DNA of 64,000 bases, taken from assembly GCA_965217585.1 (NCBI GenBank), contig OZ244561.1, positions 896,001 through 960,000 of the forward strand. The letters run 5' to 3'. Positions 19,039 to 28,235 of this stretch are shown here, piece after piece; the stretch's first letter is position 1, and the number at the start of each line of letters is the position of its first letter. This stretch comes from Candidatus Latescibacterota bacterium. GTDB lineage: Bacteria; Latescibacterota; UBA2968; UBA8231. The notes beneath the pieces were generated by a model, which had not been told where the DNA came from, ran no database searches, and saw only the letters and a program-made list of their open reading frames with translations. The position numbers and the translations under genes were made by a program.

Positions 19039-19776
19039 CTAGCTCGGCGCATCCGCCTGGAAAAGCGTAACCCCCATCTCCAGATACTTGTCGCGTTCTG
19101 CGGGCGTAGTGCCCGTTCCCATGGCGATACGAATGCCGCTACCAGCCAATTGGGCAGCGACATTGCGCATACAGTCATCGACCGTGCGCAGCGGATAATC
19201 CGGGTGATTCTCCAAGCTGAAGGAAAGGTCGTTGGGTCCAAAAGTGACCACGCTCACTCCCGGTTTGGCTAATCTTCGAATATTGGTCACCGCTTCGACG
19301 GATTCTACTTGGATCGCCAAAATCACGTAGTCATTCCACCACGCCGCATAGGCTAGTCGGTCGATCCCTTGAGTTACGCCGCGCAGGCCACGGCGATTTG
19401 CACCACCCCAACTGCGCCGGCCGATGGGACCGTAATAGGCGTAGGCAATGGCGTCGTCTACGGTCTCGGGCTCCATGACCTCGGGGATCAAGACCGCGCT
19501 GAGACCCAAGTCGAGATAGCGCCCGACCATATAGGCATGCCGGGTGTGCGGAATGCGCAACTGCACGTCGATATCCAACTCTTCGGCTGCCCGGCAGTAG
19601 GCGACCAATTGCTCTTCGCTGAAGGGGGTGTGCTGGCTGTCGATCCAGATATAGTCGAACTCGCCGGTTGACCATATATCGGCCAATTCCTCCTTGGTAG
19701 TGGTCAGCGAGCCGCGCAGGGCGACTAGCACTTCGCCGTCTTGCATGCGTTGTCTAAGCGTTTTTTTATCCGACAT
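19039..19776 (-). CDS. HpcH/HpaI aldolase family protein
   Basis: Start at ATG 19776 after AGGAG; FDYIWIDSQH, YLDLG..VLIP, PIGRRSWG, IQVESVEAV, FGPNDLS. Confidence 0.9.
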   Translation of the reverse strand: MSDKKTLRQRMQDGEVLVALRGSLTTTKEELADIWSTGEFDYIWIDSQHTPFSEEQLVAYCRAAEELDIDVQLRIPHTRHAYMVGRYLDLGLSAVLIPEVMEPETVDDAIAYAYYGPIGRRSWGGANRRGLRGVTQGIDRLAYAAWWNDYVILAIQVESVEAVTNIRRLAKPGVSVVTFGPNDLSFSLENHPDYPLRTVDDCMRNVAAQLAGSGIRIAMGTGTTPAERDKYLEMGVTLFQADAPS

Positions 19777-19798
19777 AATGCACTCCTGTATTGGGCTA

Positions 19799-19900
19799 AG
19801 AGATTCTAACAAAACCTGCTAGGCGATCCTCGGAACGCGGGCGTCCCGCCCACTCATGTCATTCCCGCGAAAGCGGGAATCCAGTTTTGTTAGGGCCTCT
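19799..19900. mobile_element. MITE-like element (102 bp) with terminal inverted repeats and two internal REP-like hairpins
   Basis: Left end AGAGATTCTAACAAAAC and right end GTTTTGTTAGGGCCTCT (14/17 inverted match), TA on both sides; internal GGAACGCGGGCGTCCCGCCC and GTCATTCCCGCGAAAGCGGGAATCCAG. Confidence 0.65.
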
Positions 19901-19971
19901 TAGTCTAATTGAATAGGAAGGACCCCATGATTAGATTGGATAAAACTAAACAGGAAGGTGAAAAAATCGAC

Positions 19972-21870
19972 ATGAACGCGAAAGAACTTTCTTCTGCCCC
20001 GGCCCAACTAGCCTATAGCGAGCCAGAACAACTAGTACAGGACTTCGCCAGCCGAGGGCTGGTCGTCCTGTCTCCAGAAAGCCTAGGCATTCCACCCGAA
20101 GTCCACGAGCGGATCTACCAGCGCGAAAAGCAGGCCGTCGGCACTGGCGAACGCGTCACGCCCGAACTCATTCCAGACGTGCTCGAAGTAATCAACGCCC
20201 CCGGCGTCGTCGCGGCCTGCAACCAACTGGTCGGCGAGAATTGGGCCATCGTGCCGTTCACTCACAATGCAACCTTCTCCAGCGGCGGCCGCGACCAGCA
20301 CTGGCACAAGGACGACAACGGCCCGTTCAATAGCCGCAAACAGCGCCACCACCAAGCCGTGCAAATCGAAATGCTGTACTATCCGCAGGCGGTGCGCGAG
20401 GACATGGGGCCAACGGCGACCGTGCCCTACTCGCACTACTGGACCTTCAACCACGAAGAAAACCACGACAATTTCGCCGGGGCCGATCACCTCGATTTCG
20501 CCTACCACCTCAGCGGCATGGAGGGCCAGCTAGTCAGCGGCCCCGACTCGCAATACGACCCCAGCGATATTGTCCATCGCCGCACCGCGCACGACGTGCG
20601 CCTGCGGGAGGCAGTCACCAACCTAAAGTGGCCGCTGGTGCAGCCTTTTGAAGCGGCCCCGCTGCGCGCCGGCAGCGTCGTGTTGTACTCGCACAATACC
20701 TTCCACCGAGGCAACCACCGCCGCGACGATTGGCGCACTTGGGAAGATAACCCGCGCTTTATGTGGCGCTTCTGGATCTATCGCACCACGGACCCTGCCG
20801 GCAGCAATGGCCAGCCAGCCGAAGTGCAGTGGAACGGGCTTGGCGTGGACCCGCTGACCCGCATCGATCGCTCCGCCGCCAACGACGACGTCACCTCGGT
20901 TTGGCGCTATCACCACCACTGGATCCACACGGGCCAAACGCCACCGCCGCGACCCGAGGCCGCCGCCCTATCGTTTGCGGAGCGGGAAGCGGAGGCCCGC
21001 CGCTTATTTGCACAGCTCCTCGCCAAAGGCGAAGAGGCCGAGCCAGCGCGCATTGGCGCAGCGTACAAACTAGCTTCCATCGGCGACCCGGCGCTGGCCG
21101 TGCGGCTACTCAGGCGCGCTCTGTACAACGACCGGGAGAGTGTGCGGCGGGCCGCTACCTATGGCCTAATTGCCGTTGGCGCGGAGGCTACCGACACCTT
21201 GCTTGCAGCGGCGAATGCACCCATCAAATGGGTCCGCAAGGCTGGCGTGTACGGCTTGGGGGATGCCAGCCCCCTCAACAACGTGGTTTTGCAGATGGTG
21301 GCGAAGCGCCTGCGCGAAGATCCGTCGGTATATGTCCGGGCCGTCGCCGCTGGTACCCTCGGCTGTCTCGGCCGCCGCGCAGCCGCCACCGGGATCGGCC
21401 AAGCACTGATTCCCACCTGCCTCGAAGCACTGGTGCAGAGTCTGGGTCGCGAAGAAAACCGGCTGGCCATGGACCGGGCGCAAGGACGGAGCATAAAGTT
21501 CGTGCGGCCCACCGATGAGTGCGATGTCTGCGAGGGTGGCGGCGTCGATTTTGGCCTTGAGCGGTTCAAGCCGGTGCGCTCGGCCGTGCGCGAGAATGCG
21601 CTGTGGTCCATGGTCATCCTCTGTTCCCACGGCACCGCAATTATCGGCCCGGTGCTAGAGCCGACCACACGAACCTTGCAAGAAGTCATCCGCAGCGACG
21701 AAAACGCCATCTGCGTTGGCTTTGCCATGGATGCGCTGAGCCGCTTGGCCCATTTGCGTCCCCAAGGCGAAACCGCGAGCGACCTACAGGCGGAGGTCTC
21801 GGCGTTACTCGCAGAATCGCCCATGCGGTGTTGGGAATCCCTAGGCCGCTGTGGCCTCCGCCCCACATAG
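19972..21870 (+). CDS. PhyH-family dioxygenase fused to HEAT-like repeats
   Basis: WHKDD, GPTATVPYSH, AGSVVLYSHNTFHRG; then ESVRRAATYGL, WVRKAGVYGLG, VYVRAVAAGTLG repeats and a CDVC motif. Start could be 19909, 19927 or 19972. Confidence 0.85.
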   Translation: MNAKELSSAPAQLAYSEPEQLVQDFASRGLVVLSPESLGIPPEVHERIYQREKQAVGTGERVTPELIPDVLEVINAPGVVAACNQLVGENWAIVPFTHNATFSSGGRDQHWHKDDNGPFNSRKQRHHQAVQIEMLYYPQAVREDMGPTATVPYSHYWTFNHEENHDNFAGADHLDFAYHLSGMEGQLVSGPDSQYDPSDIVHRRTAHDVRLREAVTNLKWPLVQPFEAAPLRAGSVVLYSHNTFHRGNHRRDDWRTWEDNPRFMWRFWIYRTTDPAGSNGQPAEVQWNGLGVDPLTRIDRSAANDDVTSVWRYHHHWIHTGQTPPPRPEAAALSFAEREAEARRLFAQLLAKGEEAEPARIGAAYKLASIGDPALAVRLLRRALYNDRESVRRAATYGLIAVGAEATDTLLAAANAPIKWVRKAGVYGLGDASPLNNVVLQMVAKRLREDPSVYVRAVAAGTLGCLGRRAAATGIGQALIPTCLEALVQSLGREENRLAMDRAQGRSIKFVRPTDECDVCEGGGVDFGLERFKPVRSAVRENALWSMVILCSHGTAIIGPVLEPTTRTLQEVIRSDENAICVGFAMDALSRLAHLRPQGETASDLQAEVSALLAESPMRCWESLGRCGLRPT

Positions 21871-21994
21871 CGCGATCTGCCGAACAGTGGGCCAAACAAG
21901 AGCTAGCTAGTGTGCGTGAAATTATAGCTAAGCGACGGCCCTCTCCATATTACTGCCAATACCGACAATCACTACCTGAAAGAGAGTCCGTACA

Positions 21995-22288
21995 ATGGCC
22001 GCGATCCTCAAACTTCAAGACGCCAGTAGCACGTGGCGTCAATTCATAACGAGCCTACGTACCAAGCCTCAGAAAGCCATCATACAAGACGAGCAGAACC
22101 GAAACTTGGGTGTGGTGTTGTCAATGGAAGAATACCTCCTATACGAGCAGGAGTGGGAAAAAGACTTTGCGGTAGTCGATCGCATCCAAGAGAAAATGAA
22201 GGGTTACAATTCTGCGTACGTCGAGAAACAGATCGAGAAAGCCGTAGCTGAAGTAAAGGCCGCCTCAAATCCCGCTAAGCCTCTTTAG
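21995..22288 (+). CDS. Phd/YefM-like antitoxin
   Basis: 97 aa; AII..EQNRNLGVVLSMEEY resembles the Phd motif; directly upstream of a PIN relic. Confidence 0.65.
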   Translation: MAAILKLQDASSTWRQFITSLRTKPQKAIIQDEQNRNLGVVLSMEEYLLYEQEWEKDFAVVDRIQEKMKGYNSAYVEKQIEKAVAEVKAASNPAKPL

Positions 22289-22291
22289 ACG

Positions 22292-22512
22292 ATGCTGTGC
22301 GTTGTACCGGATGTCAACGTACTGGTCAGCTCGATATTACTCCCTCTGGTACACCGGGCCGTATTTATGCAGCTTGGAGACGGCGGGAACTCGTATTCAT
22401 CACTTCACCAGCTATCATTGACAAGACTGTCGAGGTCTTGCGCCGCCCTCACATTATAGACGAGTTTCCAATTGACGAAGCCGATATCCAAGGTTGGTCG
22501 GTATTCAGATAA
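22292..22512 (+). pseudogene. PIN-domain toxin, frameshifted and truncated
   Basis: ATG 22292 gives MLCVVPDVNVLVSSI; after a 1-nt shift it continues TPSGTPGRIYAAWRRRELVFITSPAIIDKTVEVLRRP; the C-terminal acidic half is missing. Confidence 0.75.
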
Positions 22513-22571
22513 CCAGCCTGATCGCCCTAGGCAGCCTGCTGTTCAGCATCCTCAGCAAGCTACCCGGATAA
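22494..22571 (+). pseudogene. Orphan C-terminal transmembrane tail of a small membrane-anchored protein
   Basis: LVGIQITSLIALGSLLFSILSKLPG* fused onto the broken PIN gene. Confidence 0.4.
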
Positions 22572-22685
22572 TCGCACCCGCGCCGCGGCTTTTGCGCCCT
22601 GTGCCTTCTCGACTGTTGCTGGCCGCCTGTCACGGCGATCGCGGCCGCTGAAAGTCAAAGTAACCCACTGCCCGAGGGATTCACC

Positions 22686-23210
22686 ATGCACAAAGTAACC
22701 GTAGCCCTTGCCGCTTTCGCCGTTTTCTTGGGCTGTGACGTAGGCAGTCCCACTTCGCCTAGCGCAGCCAAGCGTACCGAGGCTGCGGCCGAACAATGCC
22801 CGATGCCGATTTTGGGCATTGCGGGAACATAGGCGGGGTATAGCTCGTCTCGTGTTGATTGTCCAGCCTGTGATGGGTGGAGTAGCTGGGAGGACATTTG
22901 GACCGCGGACACGTTGCGGATAGAGCTTGCTCCCGATCCGAATCCAACGGGCGAACCGGGCGTAACGTATTACGACTACACGCTGCTTTCGTATTATTTC
23001 CCATCTGATCGGTATGATCCAGCACTTGCCGACTTGGGCTTGCCCAGCCTTTATAGCGAGCAACGAGGTAAAATGGGCTGTACTATGCGGACGGTGGTAA
23101 GTGGGCGTTCAACCCTCGATCCAGCCTCCGCCCTGCCACCGAGGTGCGCCCCAGTCCCCACGCCCGCGCCCGCTAGCCGTTCCCGCGCGAATTCATCCCC
23201 ACTCCTTTGA
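22686..23210 (+). pseudogene. Lipoprotein gene with an in-frame premature TAG
   Basis: RBS GAGGG and ATG 22686: MHKVTVALAAFAVFLGC (lipobox)...IAGT*(22830-22832)AGYSSRVDCPACDGW..., in frame with the 22914-23210 ORF; the 3' part may be unrelated DNA. Confidence 0.65.
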
Positions 23211-23739
23211 TTACCTTGCCCTCGGGGCTCCCGCGCCAGACTTGCCCCTGACGGTCTATCGCCAACGCCGAGACCTTGTGCCCGGTCTCCACCAGGCGAA
23301 TCCGGCCGTCTTCAAGACAGGCTAAGCCGCCCATCGTGCCGATCCACAGCGGGCCGGAGGCATCTTGGGCAAATTTCCACGGCCACTGCATTGCGCCGTT
23401 CTCCGCACTCATGCGCCGACCGTCTAGGCTGATGATCCCCCGTTGCTGCGTCGCCAGCCATGTCGTACCCGTTGTGTCGGTGGCCATGTCGTACACCCGC
23501 CCTATGGACTGACCCGCAATTTCTGTCACGCGCTCTATGCACCGCCCCTCGACAAACCAGCCTATCCCTGCGCTGGTCAGCACCCGCATTGAGCCATCGG
23601 CTTGGGATTGTAGGTCCAATATGTCTTCTACCTGCATCCCGGCTAGCCCATCAAAGACGGTGTACTGGTGCCCTAGCAGGCGACCAAAGGACATTGGCCG
23701 TCGCGGGGCTTTTGCAGATGTGCTAGCACTCTTCATCAC
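23173..23739 (-). pseudogene. Fragment of a two-component-regulator (Reg_prop-type) beta-propeller sensor
   Basis: YTVFDGLAG, VYDMATDTTGTTWLAT, AQDASGPLWIGTMGGL, VSALAIDRQGQVW; too few blades, no output domain. Confidence 0.65.
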
Positions 23740-23822
23740 TCGGCTCTCTTATAGTAGATCAATCAACCCTTTTTCCGCCGGCTGTGCAATCGCCTTGCGC
23801 GAGAAAGGGCCGCGCCGGCTTA

Positions 23823-26800
23823 TTACCGCTGAAGTTGTTCCTCCGCCCGCTGCCGAAAAGCGCTCCGCTCCGCTGCTTTGAGCGTATTCCAGATCAGCAG
23901 CTCTTTGCGGATCGCCTGTAAGAAACTGCGGTTGGCCCGACGCCAGGAATCGTTGTCGCCGCTGAGGCAGCGTAGATAGAACACTATACCGTAAATATCG
24001 GCTTGCTCCTCGGGGCAGATGCACAGTACGGCGTGCTGGCTCACGCCCAAATCCAGCGGTGCCAGCCACACCCGGGCTTCAAGGGCGTAGGCCGTACCTT
24101 GGGGCGTGGCAAAGGACTGGAGCAGGGTACCCTCGGTGTAAAACGAGCCAATCGATGCCTCGCCGTAGGACCCTAGGTAATCCAACAAAAAGCCGCACAG
24201 GCCCTTGGCCTCAGCCGCCGACACCAAGAAGGGGAAGCGGAATTCCCACTCGGCACCCACCGGCGGCTCGGGCTGCCAGCGCCGCGTTAGGTCGGGAACC
24301 GCAGTGCGGGCGGCCACCCGGGCCGGGTACACCGTGGACAGCAAAACCACGCCCATGACGATGAGCGCCGAAAACACAGCCGCCAGGGACGAATAGTTCA
24401 AATTGAGTCCGCCCAGCATGTCCAAGTGGTTCAACACCAAGCCCGTCACTTGTCCCCCCAAGTACCCTAGCGTAATGCCCAAGACCGCATAGGCGCAGGC
24501 TTCGGCGATGAACAGCAGGGCGATGTGGGACGGAGCCAATCCTACGGCCGCGTAGATGCCAATGTCCTTGAGGCGTTCGTACACCGTCCCCAGCATGGTA
24601 TTGAGGACGATGAGGGCGGCGATGAGCATGGGTATGATCAGCACCCCTAGGCCCTTTATCGCCGTCGCCCCAATCGACGAATACGCCCAGACGTCGACGG
24701 TCGCGGCTCCGTCTTGCCGCAAGCCGACGAACAGGCTGACAGTCACCCGCAGCAGGAAGTCTTCCAGCAACGCTTGGGCCGCCCCGGTGTCTAGGCGCTC
24801 CCGATCAAAGGCGACGGCCACCGAGCGCAGCCGCCCCCCCATTTGGCGGACGATCTCATAGGGCGCAATGAGCACGTTGTCCGGCAGGATATGCACATAG
24901 GGGCGGTACTGGGAGGCGGTGGCTGTCGTGGCCGCGCTTTGGTTGATCTGCAAGGTACTACCAGCGGATTGGGACAACTCAAAGTCCACCGGCGTCAGCG
25001 GGCCATCGTCTAGGTCTCGGATGCGGTTGAAGGTCTCTGGATCGAGCAAGCCTACCACGGTCAATTTTTTGCCCATTACCTGCACTTGAGCGCGTCCCAA
25101 GTCACTGACACCCAAACCTAGGGCTTCGGCCATCGGCAAGGGCAGCAGACAACTAGCCTCGGTCGCGGCAGTGAAAAAGCGCCCAGCGGTCAGGGCCTGG
25201 TCAACGCCTGTGATGTCGGTTTCCTCGGGGCTTAGGCCGAGCAAGCCGTAGGTCCGTACCAATTGCCGCCCAGCCGCCGCTTCGAGGTAGGTCTTTTTGT
25301 CCTCCTGCAAAATGAACCAGTTGCGCGGGCTGATCGGGCCGACCGCGGAAAAGTGGGAGCGTATATAATCCAGCATGGGCTGGCCCAAGGGATTCCAGGC
25401 CCGGTTGCGCACCAGGATGCCCTCGTACCCACCCTCGTGCTCAAGGGGTAGCGAGATAAAGCGCGCCCGGCTCTCGTACGAGGCAAAGGAAAGCACCGTA
25501 AACGTCAGCAGCACCAGGGTCGTCAAGGTCAGGCCAGTGCGCAGTTTGCGCCGTCGCATATTGGATATGCCCAGCATGAACGCGGCATGGGCGACGCTGA
25601 AACGCCGCATCTCAACGTGGTGGATCTGGTCGCCGCGCTCCTTCATAAAACTGTTGAAGCGGCTGATGATGAGGACGAGGACGAAACCGGCCATGGCCAT
25701 GATGGCAAAGGCCAGCAGGATGACCAGCGGATGGGCAATGGCAAAGGCGGGATGCACCTGCGAGACCACGAGCCAGACTATAGCTAATAACGCACCAAAA
25801 CCAGCCAGTTGCCGCGTGATCTGCGCCGCCCCCAGCAGCAGGCGCTCGCCCAAAAAAGCCGCGGGAATGAGTAGCGCCAAAAAGAATACCATGCCCTTTA
25901 TGACGTCGTTTAAGGTCGCCATGGCCTGCGGATAAACCTGATTTTCCAGCCCCAGCGCCACCCGCAGATGGGCCACGTAGCGGCTCCATTCTTTTTGCCG
26001 GGCGGCCTCTTGGGCGGCTTCGAGGACTTGGGCGGTGCGCTGGTGCAGGCGCTGCAAGTGCTGGTTTTCAATGGCGTGGTCGCGCATGGTCTGCAGCCGA
26101 TCCTCGTCGAGGCGCCACATGTCCCAGGCGGCCTGCAACAGCGTCGGCACCAGCCGCTCCTCGGCTAGGGAAAAGCCCTCGCCGTTGGGGCGGCTACCGG
26201 GGATGCCGTTGTTGAGCAGCAGCAGTTGTCGGCCCGCCAGTATTTTGATGCGGTTTTGCGGCTCGGCGTCCTGCGGCCCGAATACCACCCCGGCCGCTTC
26301 GTCGAGGCCGCTGCCCAGCGCATAGCCGAATTGGCGCGGGCTGGTGTCGTAGCGGTTGACCACGGAGATGCCACCCAAGAAATTGAGCGAACGCGGACTA
26401 ATTAGGCCGTAAAAAGGACGGCTCAAGCAGGGAAAAACCACTACCGATTGCTCGGTGAGTGCCCACTGGACAGTGCTTGAGATGGAGCCGTCGGCCAGCG
26501 GTGCCCCGTGGAACCCTTGCGCCCTTTTACTCAGATCGGCGGCGTAGGTAATGGCACCGCTGTGCGGGTCCAAGACGTAGACGTTGGTGCGGTATTGGGC
26601 CTGCGGCAGCCCCGTTATGAGCAACTCGCCCTCGTCGTCGCTCAGATGGACTTGGGCGGTGCGCACCCCTTTGACGGCTTTGCCAGCGGTCGCCCGTTGC
26701 GAACGCACTACGGCTACCGCGTCGGGCACCGGCCGGTCCGGCGTTTGCGAGCGGCGCGGAAAGGTCCGCGCCTTGAGGAGCAAGTCGCGCAAGCGGTCCT

Positions 26801-28235
26801 GCAGCACCGGTCCAAAGGACGCTTTCTCTTCCAATAATTGCGGATCGTTTAGGGCCTGTTGCAGCACACCGTTTAGCAGGGCGACTTGGCGCGCCAGATT
26901 GTCGTAGTTGACCGCGGCCGGCTGGTCCAGCGGCGAATCAACCTGCAGGCGGGCGTCGTTGACGGTGATCAAGCCCAAGGAGATCAAGCCGCCTTCGAGA
27001 GCGAGCTGGCTGTCGGCGGCAATCCCGCCGGGCATGTACGCCGACCAGCCCAAGCCCTTGATGGGGGTGATACCGTTGACCAAGCTGCCGACCGCGGCCG
27101 AGTCTAGGGTGCTGGCGTAGTCCCTGAAGCGGCGACCGAATGGAGCAAAAAAGCGCCGCAATTCGGGTTTGGCGGTATTGTTCCAAATGCCGACTTGATC
27201 GGTGCTACTCGACAGATCGAGGCCGATGAACAGATCTATGTGGAGGGGCTCCTTTAGGCGGCGGGCGTGGCGAGCGAGAAAGTCGGCCATGCCCTGGCGA
27301 CCCTGAAAATGAGCCGAAGTCGCCACTAGGATGGTGGTGCGCGCCGGCGGATGGGCGGCGAGATGGCGGGCCAATTCCAATAAGGCGGCGATGCCGCAGG
27401 CGGTCTCGGCGCTGGGCGCCCGGCCCGGCACCACGGAAATGCCGTCGTAATACGCCTCGATGGCGACGCGCTCGGCGGCCAGTTCGGGATCGGTACCGGG
27501 GATCATGCCCCAGATATTCCACGCCGGCCGCCGTTGCCAGTCCATGCGGCCCTGCAAGTGTACCAATAGCTCGCCACCCCGCAGGCGCTGGCGCAAGTCT
27601 AGGCCCGCTTCTCGCTCGATCCAGAAGCGGGGGATGTCGAGCGGCACTTGGGCGTATTTGGCGTCGGCTTGGTGGCGGTTGGCCTGCTCGGGCGCGATAA
27701 ATACCACGGCCCGAGCGCCCAGCGAAGCAGCGCGCAACCAGTGGTTCCAACTGTCGAATTCCAGCAGGACAATGCGTCCGTCCATGGCGTGGCCGTCGAA
27801 ATCGCGCCACTCGCCCCGACCGCCGTAGATCATCGGCGCTTGCAAGCCCTCTGGCGGCAGCGTGACCGTCCGCGCCAGATTCGGCCACAGGCCCCACAGC
27901 GGCACCTCCTCCCCGCTTGGCTCCAAACGCAGGTGAGCACCGCGCTCTATGGGCACCACCACTGCAAACGAGTCGCGCCGCACCGCTTTGACACCAGCCG
28001 CGACCAGTTCCCGCTCCACCAACGCGGCACCCGCTTCGGCACCAGGATAGCCGGCCAAGCGCGATTCAACGGCGCTTAGCGCTTCGATGGTGGCACGCAA
28101 AGTAGCCACCTCGCCATAGCAGGGCGTTTGCAGCAGCCCCAACCAGATCGCGAGACATATTTGTAGGGGCGACCGGCCGGTCGCCCTTACACCGGTAGAC
28201 GCGCCATTTTTATATGCAGTCGCCACGCTATTCAA
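23823..28235 (-). CDS. 1470-aa M28/PA-fold ectodomain plus FtsX/MacB-type permease fusion
   Basis: Signal-like N-terminus; M28-like AWNIWG...AYYD...GIAALLELAR; TM block; NMRRRKLRTGLT; MacB-like periplasmic region; FtsX motif VYERLKDIGIYAAVGLAP..LFIAEA and VYPARVA. TTG start overlaps the upstream TGA. Confidence 0.85.
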   Translation of the reverse strand: MNSVATAYKNGASTGVRATGRSPLQICLAIWLGLLQTPCYGEVATLRATIEALSAVESRLAGYPGAEAGAALVERELVAAGVKAVRRDSFAVVVPIERGAHLRLEPSGEEVPLWGLWPNLARTVTLPPEGLQAPMIYGGRGEWRDFDGHAMDGRIVLLEFDSWNHWLRAASLGARAVVFIAPEQANRHQADAKYAQVPLDIPRFWIEREAGLDLRQRLRGGELLVHLQGRMDWQRRPAWNIWGMIPGTDPELAAERVAIEAYYDGISVVPGRAPSAETACGIAALLELARHLAAHPPARTTILVATSAHFQGRQGMADFLARHARRLKEPLHIDLFIGLDLSSSTDQVGIWNNTAKPELRRFFAPFGRRFRDYASTLDSAAVGSLVNGITPIKGLGWSAYMPGGIAADSQLALEGGLISLGLITVNDARLQVDSPLDQPAAVNYDNLARQVALLNGVLQQALNDPQLLEEKASFGPVLQDRLRDLLLKARTFPRRSQTPDRPVPDAVAVVRSQRATAGKAVKGVRTAQVHLSDDEGELLITGLPQAQYRTNVYVLDPHSGAITYAADLSKRAQGFHGAPLADGSISSTVQWALTEQSVVVFPCLSRPFYGLISPRSLNFLGGISVVNRYDTSPRQFGYALGSGLDEAAGVVFGPQDAEPQNRIKILAGRQLLLLNNGIPGSRPNGEGFSLAEERLVPTLLQAAWDMWRLDEDRLQTMRDHAIENQHLQRLHQRTAQVLEAAQEAARQKEWSRYVAHLRVALGLENQVYPQAMATLNDVIKGMVFFLALLIPAAFLGERLLLGAAQITRQLAGFGALLAIVWLVVSQVHPAFAIAHPLVILLAFAIMAMAGFVLVLIISRFNSFMKERGDQIHHVEMRRFSVAHAAFMLGISNMRRRKLRTGLTLTTLVLLTFTVLSFASYESRARFISLPLEHEGGYEGILVRNRAWNPLGQPMLDYIRSHFSAVGPISPRNWFILQEDKKTYLEAAAGRQLVRTYGLLGLSPEETDITGVDQALTAGRFFTAATEASCLLPLPMAEALGLGVSDLGRAQVQVMGKKLTVVGLLDPETFNRIRDLDDGPLTPVDFELSQSAGSTLQINQSAATTATASQYRPYVHILPDNVLIAPYEIVRQMGGRLRSVAVAFDRERLDTGAAQALLEDFLLRVTVSLFVGLRQDGAATVDVWAYSSIGATAIKGLGVLIIPMLIAALIVLNTMLGTVYERLKDIGIYAAVGLAPSHIALLFIAEACAYAVLGITLGYLGGQVTGLVLNHLDMLGGLNLNYSSLAAVFSALIVMGVVLLSTVYPARVAARTAVPDLTRRWQPEPPVGAEWEFRFPFLVSAAEAKGLCGFLLDYLGSYGEASIGSFYTEGTLLQSFATPQGTAYALEARVWLAPLDLGVSQHAVLCICPEEQADIYGIVFYLRCLSGDNDSWRRANRSFLQAIRKELLIWNTLKAAERSAFRQRAEEQLQR
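28163..28190. repeat. GTAG-type REP copy inside the 5' end of the 1470-aa CDS
   Basis: GTAGGGGCGACCGGCCGGTCGCCCTTAC, 27/28 identical to 12665-12692; reads VRATGRSPL on the minus strand. Confidence 0.88.

Noticed and set aside
22830-22832. In-frame TAG as programmed readthrough (pyrrolysine or recoding)
   Set aside because: The context IAGT* fits a TGG>TAG change of a GTW motif, the region is full of broken genes, and TAG is a normal stop elsewhere in the window.
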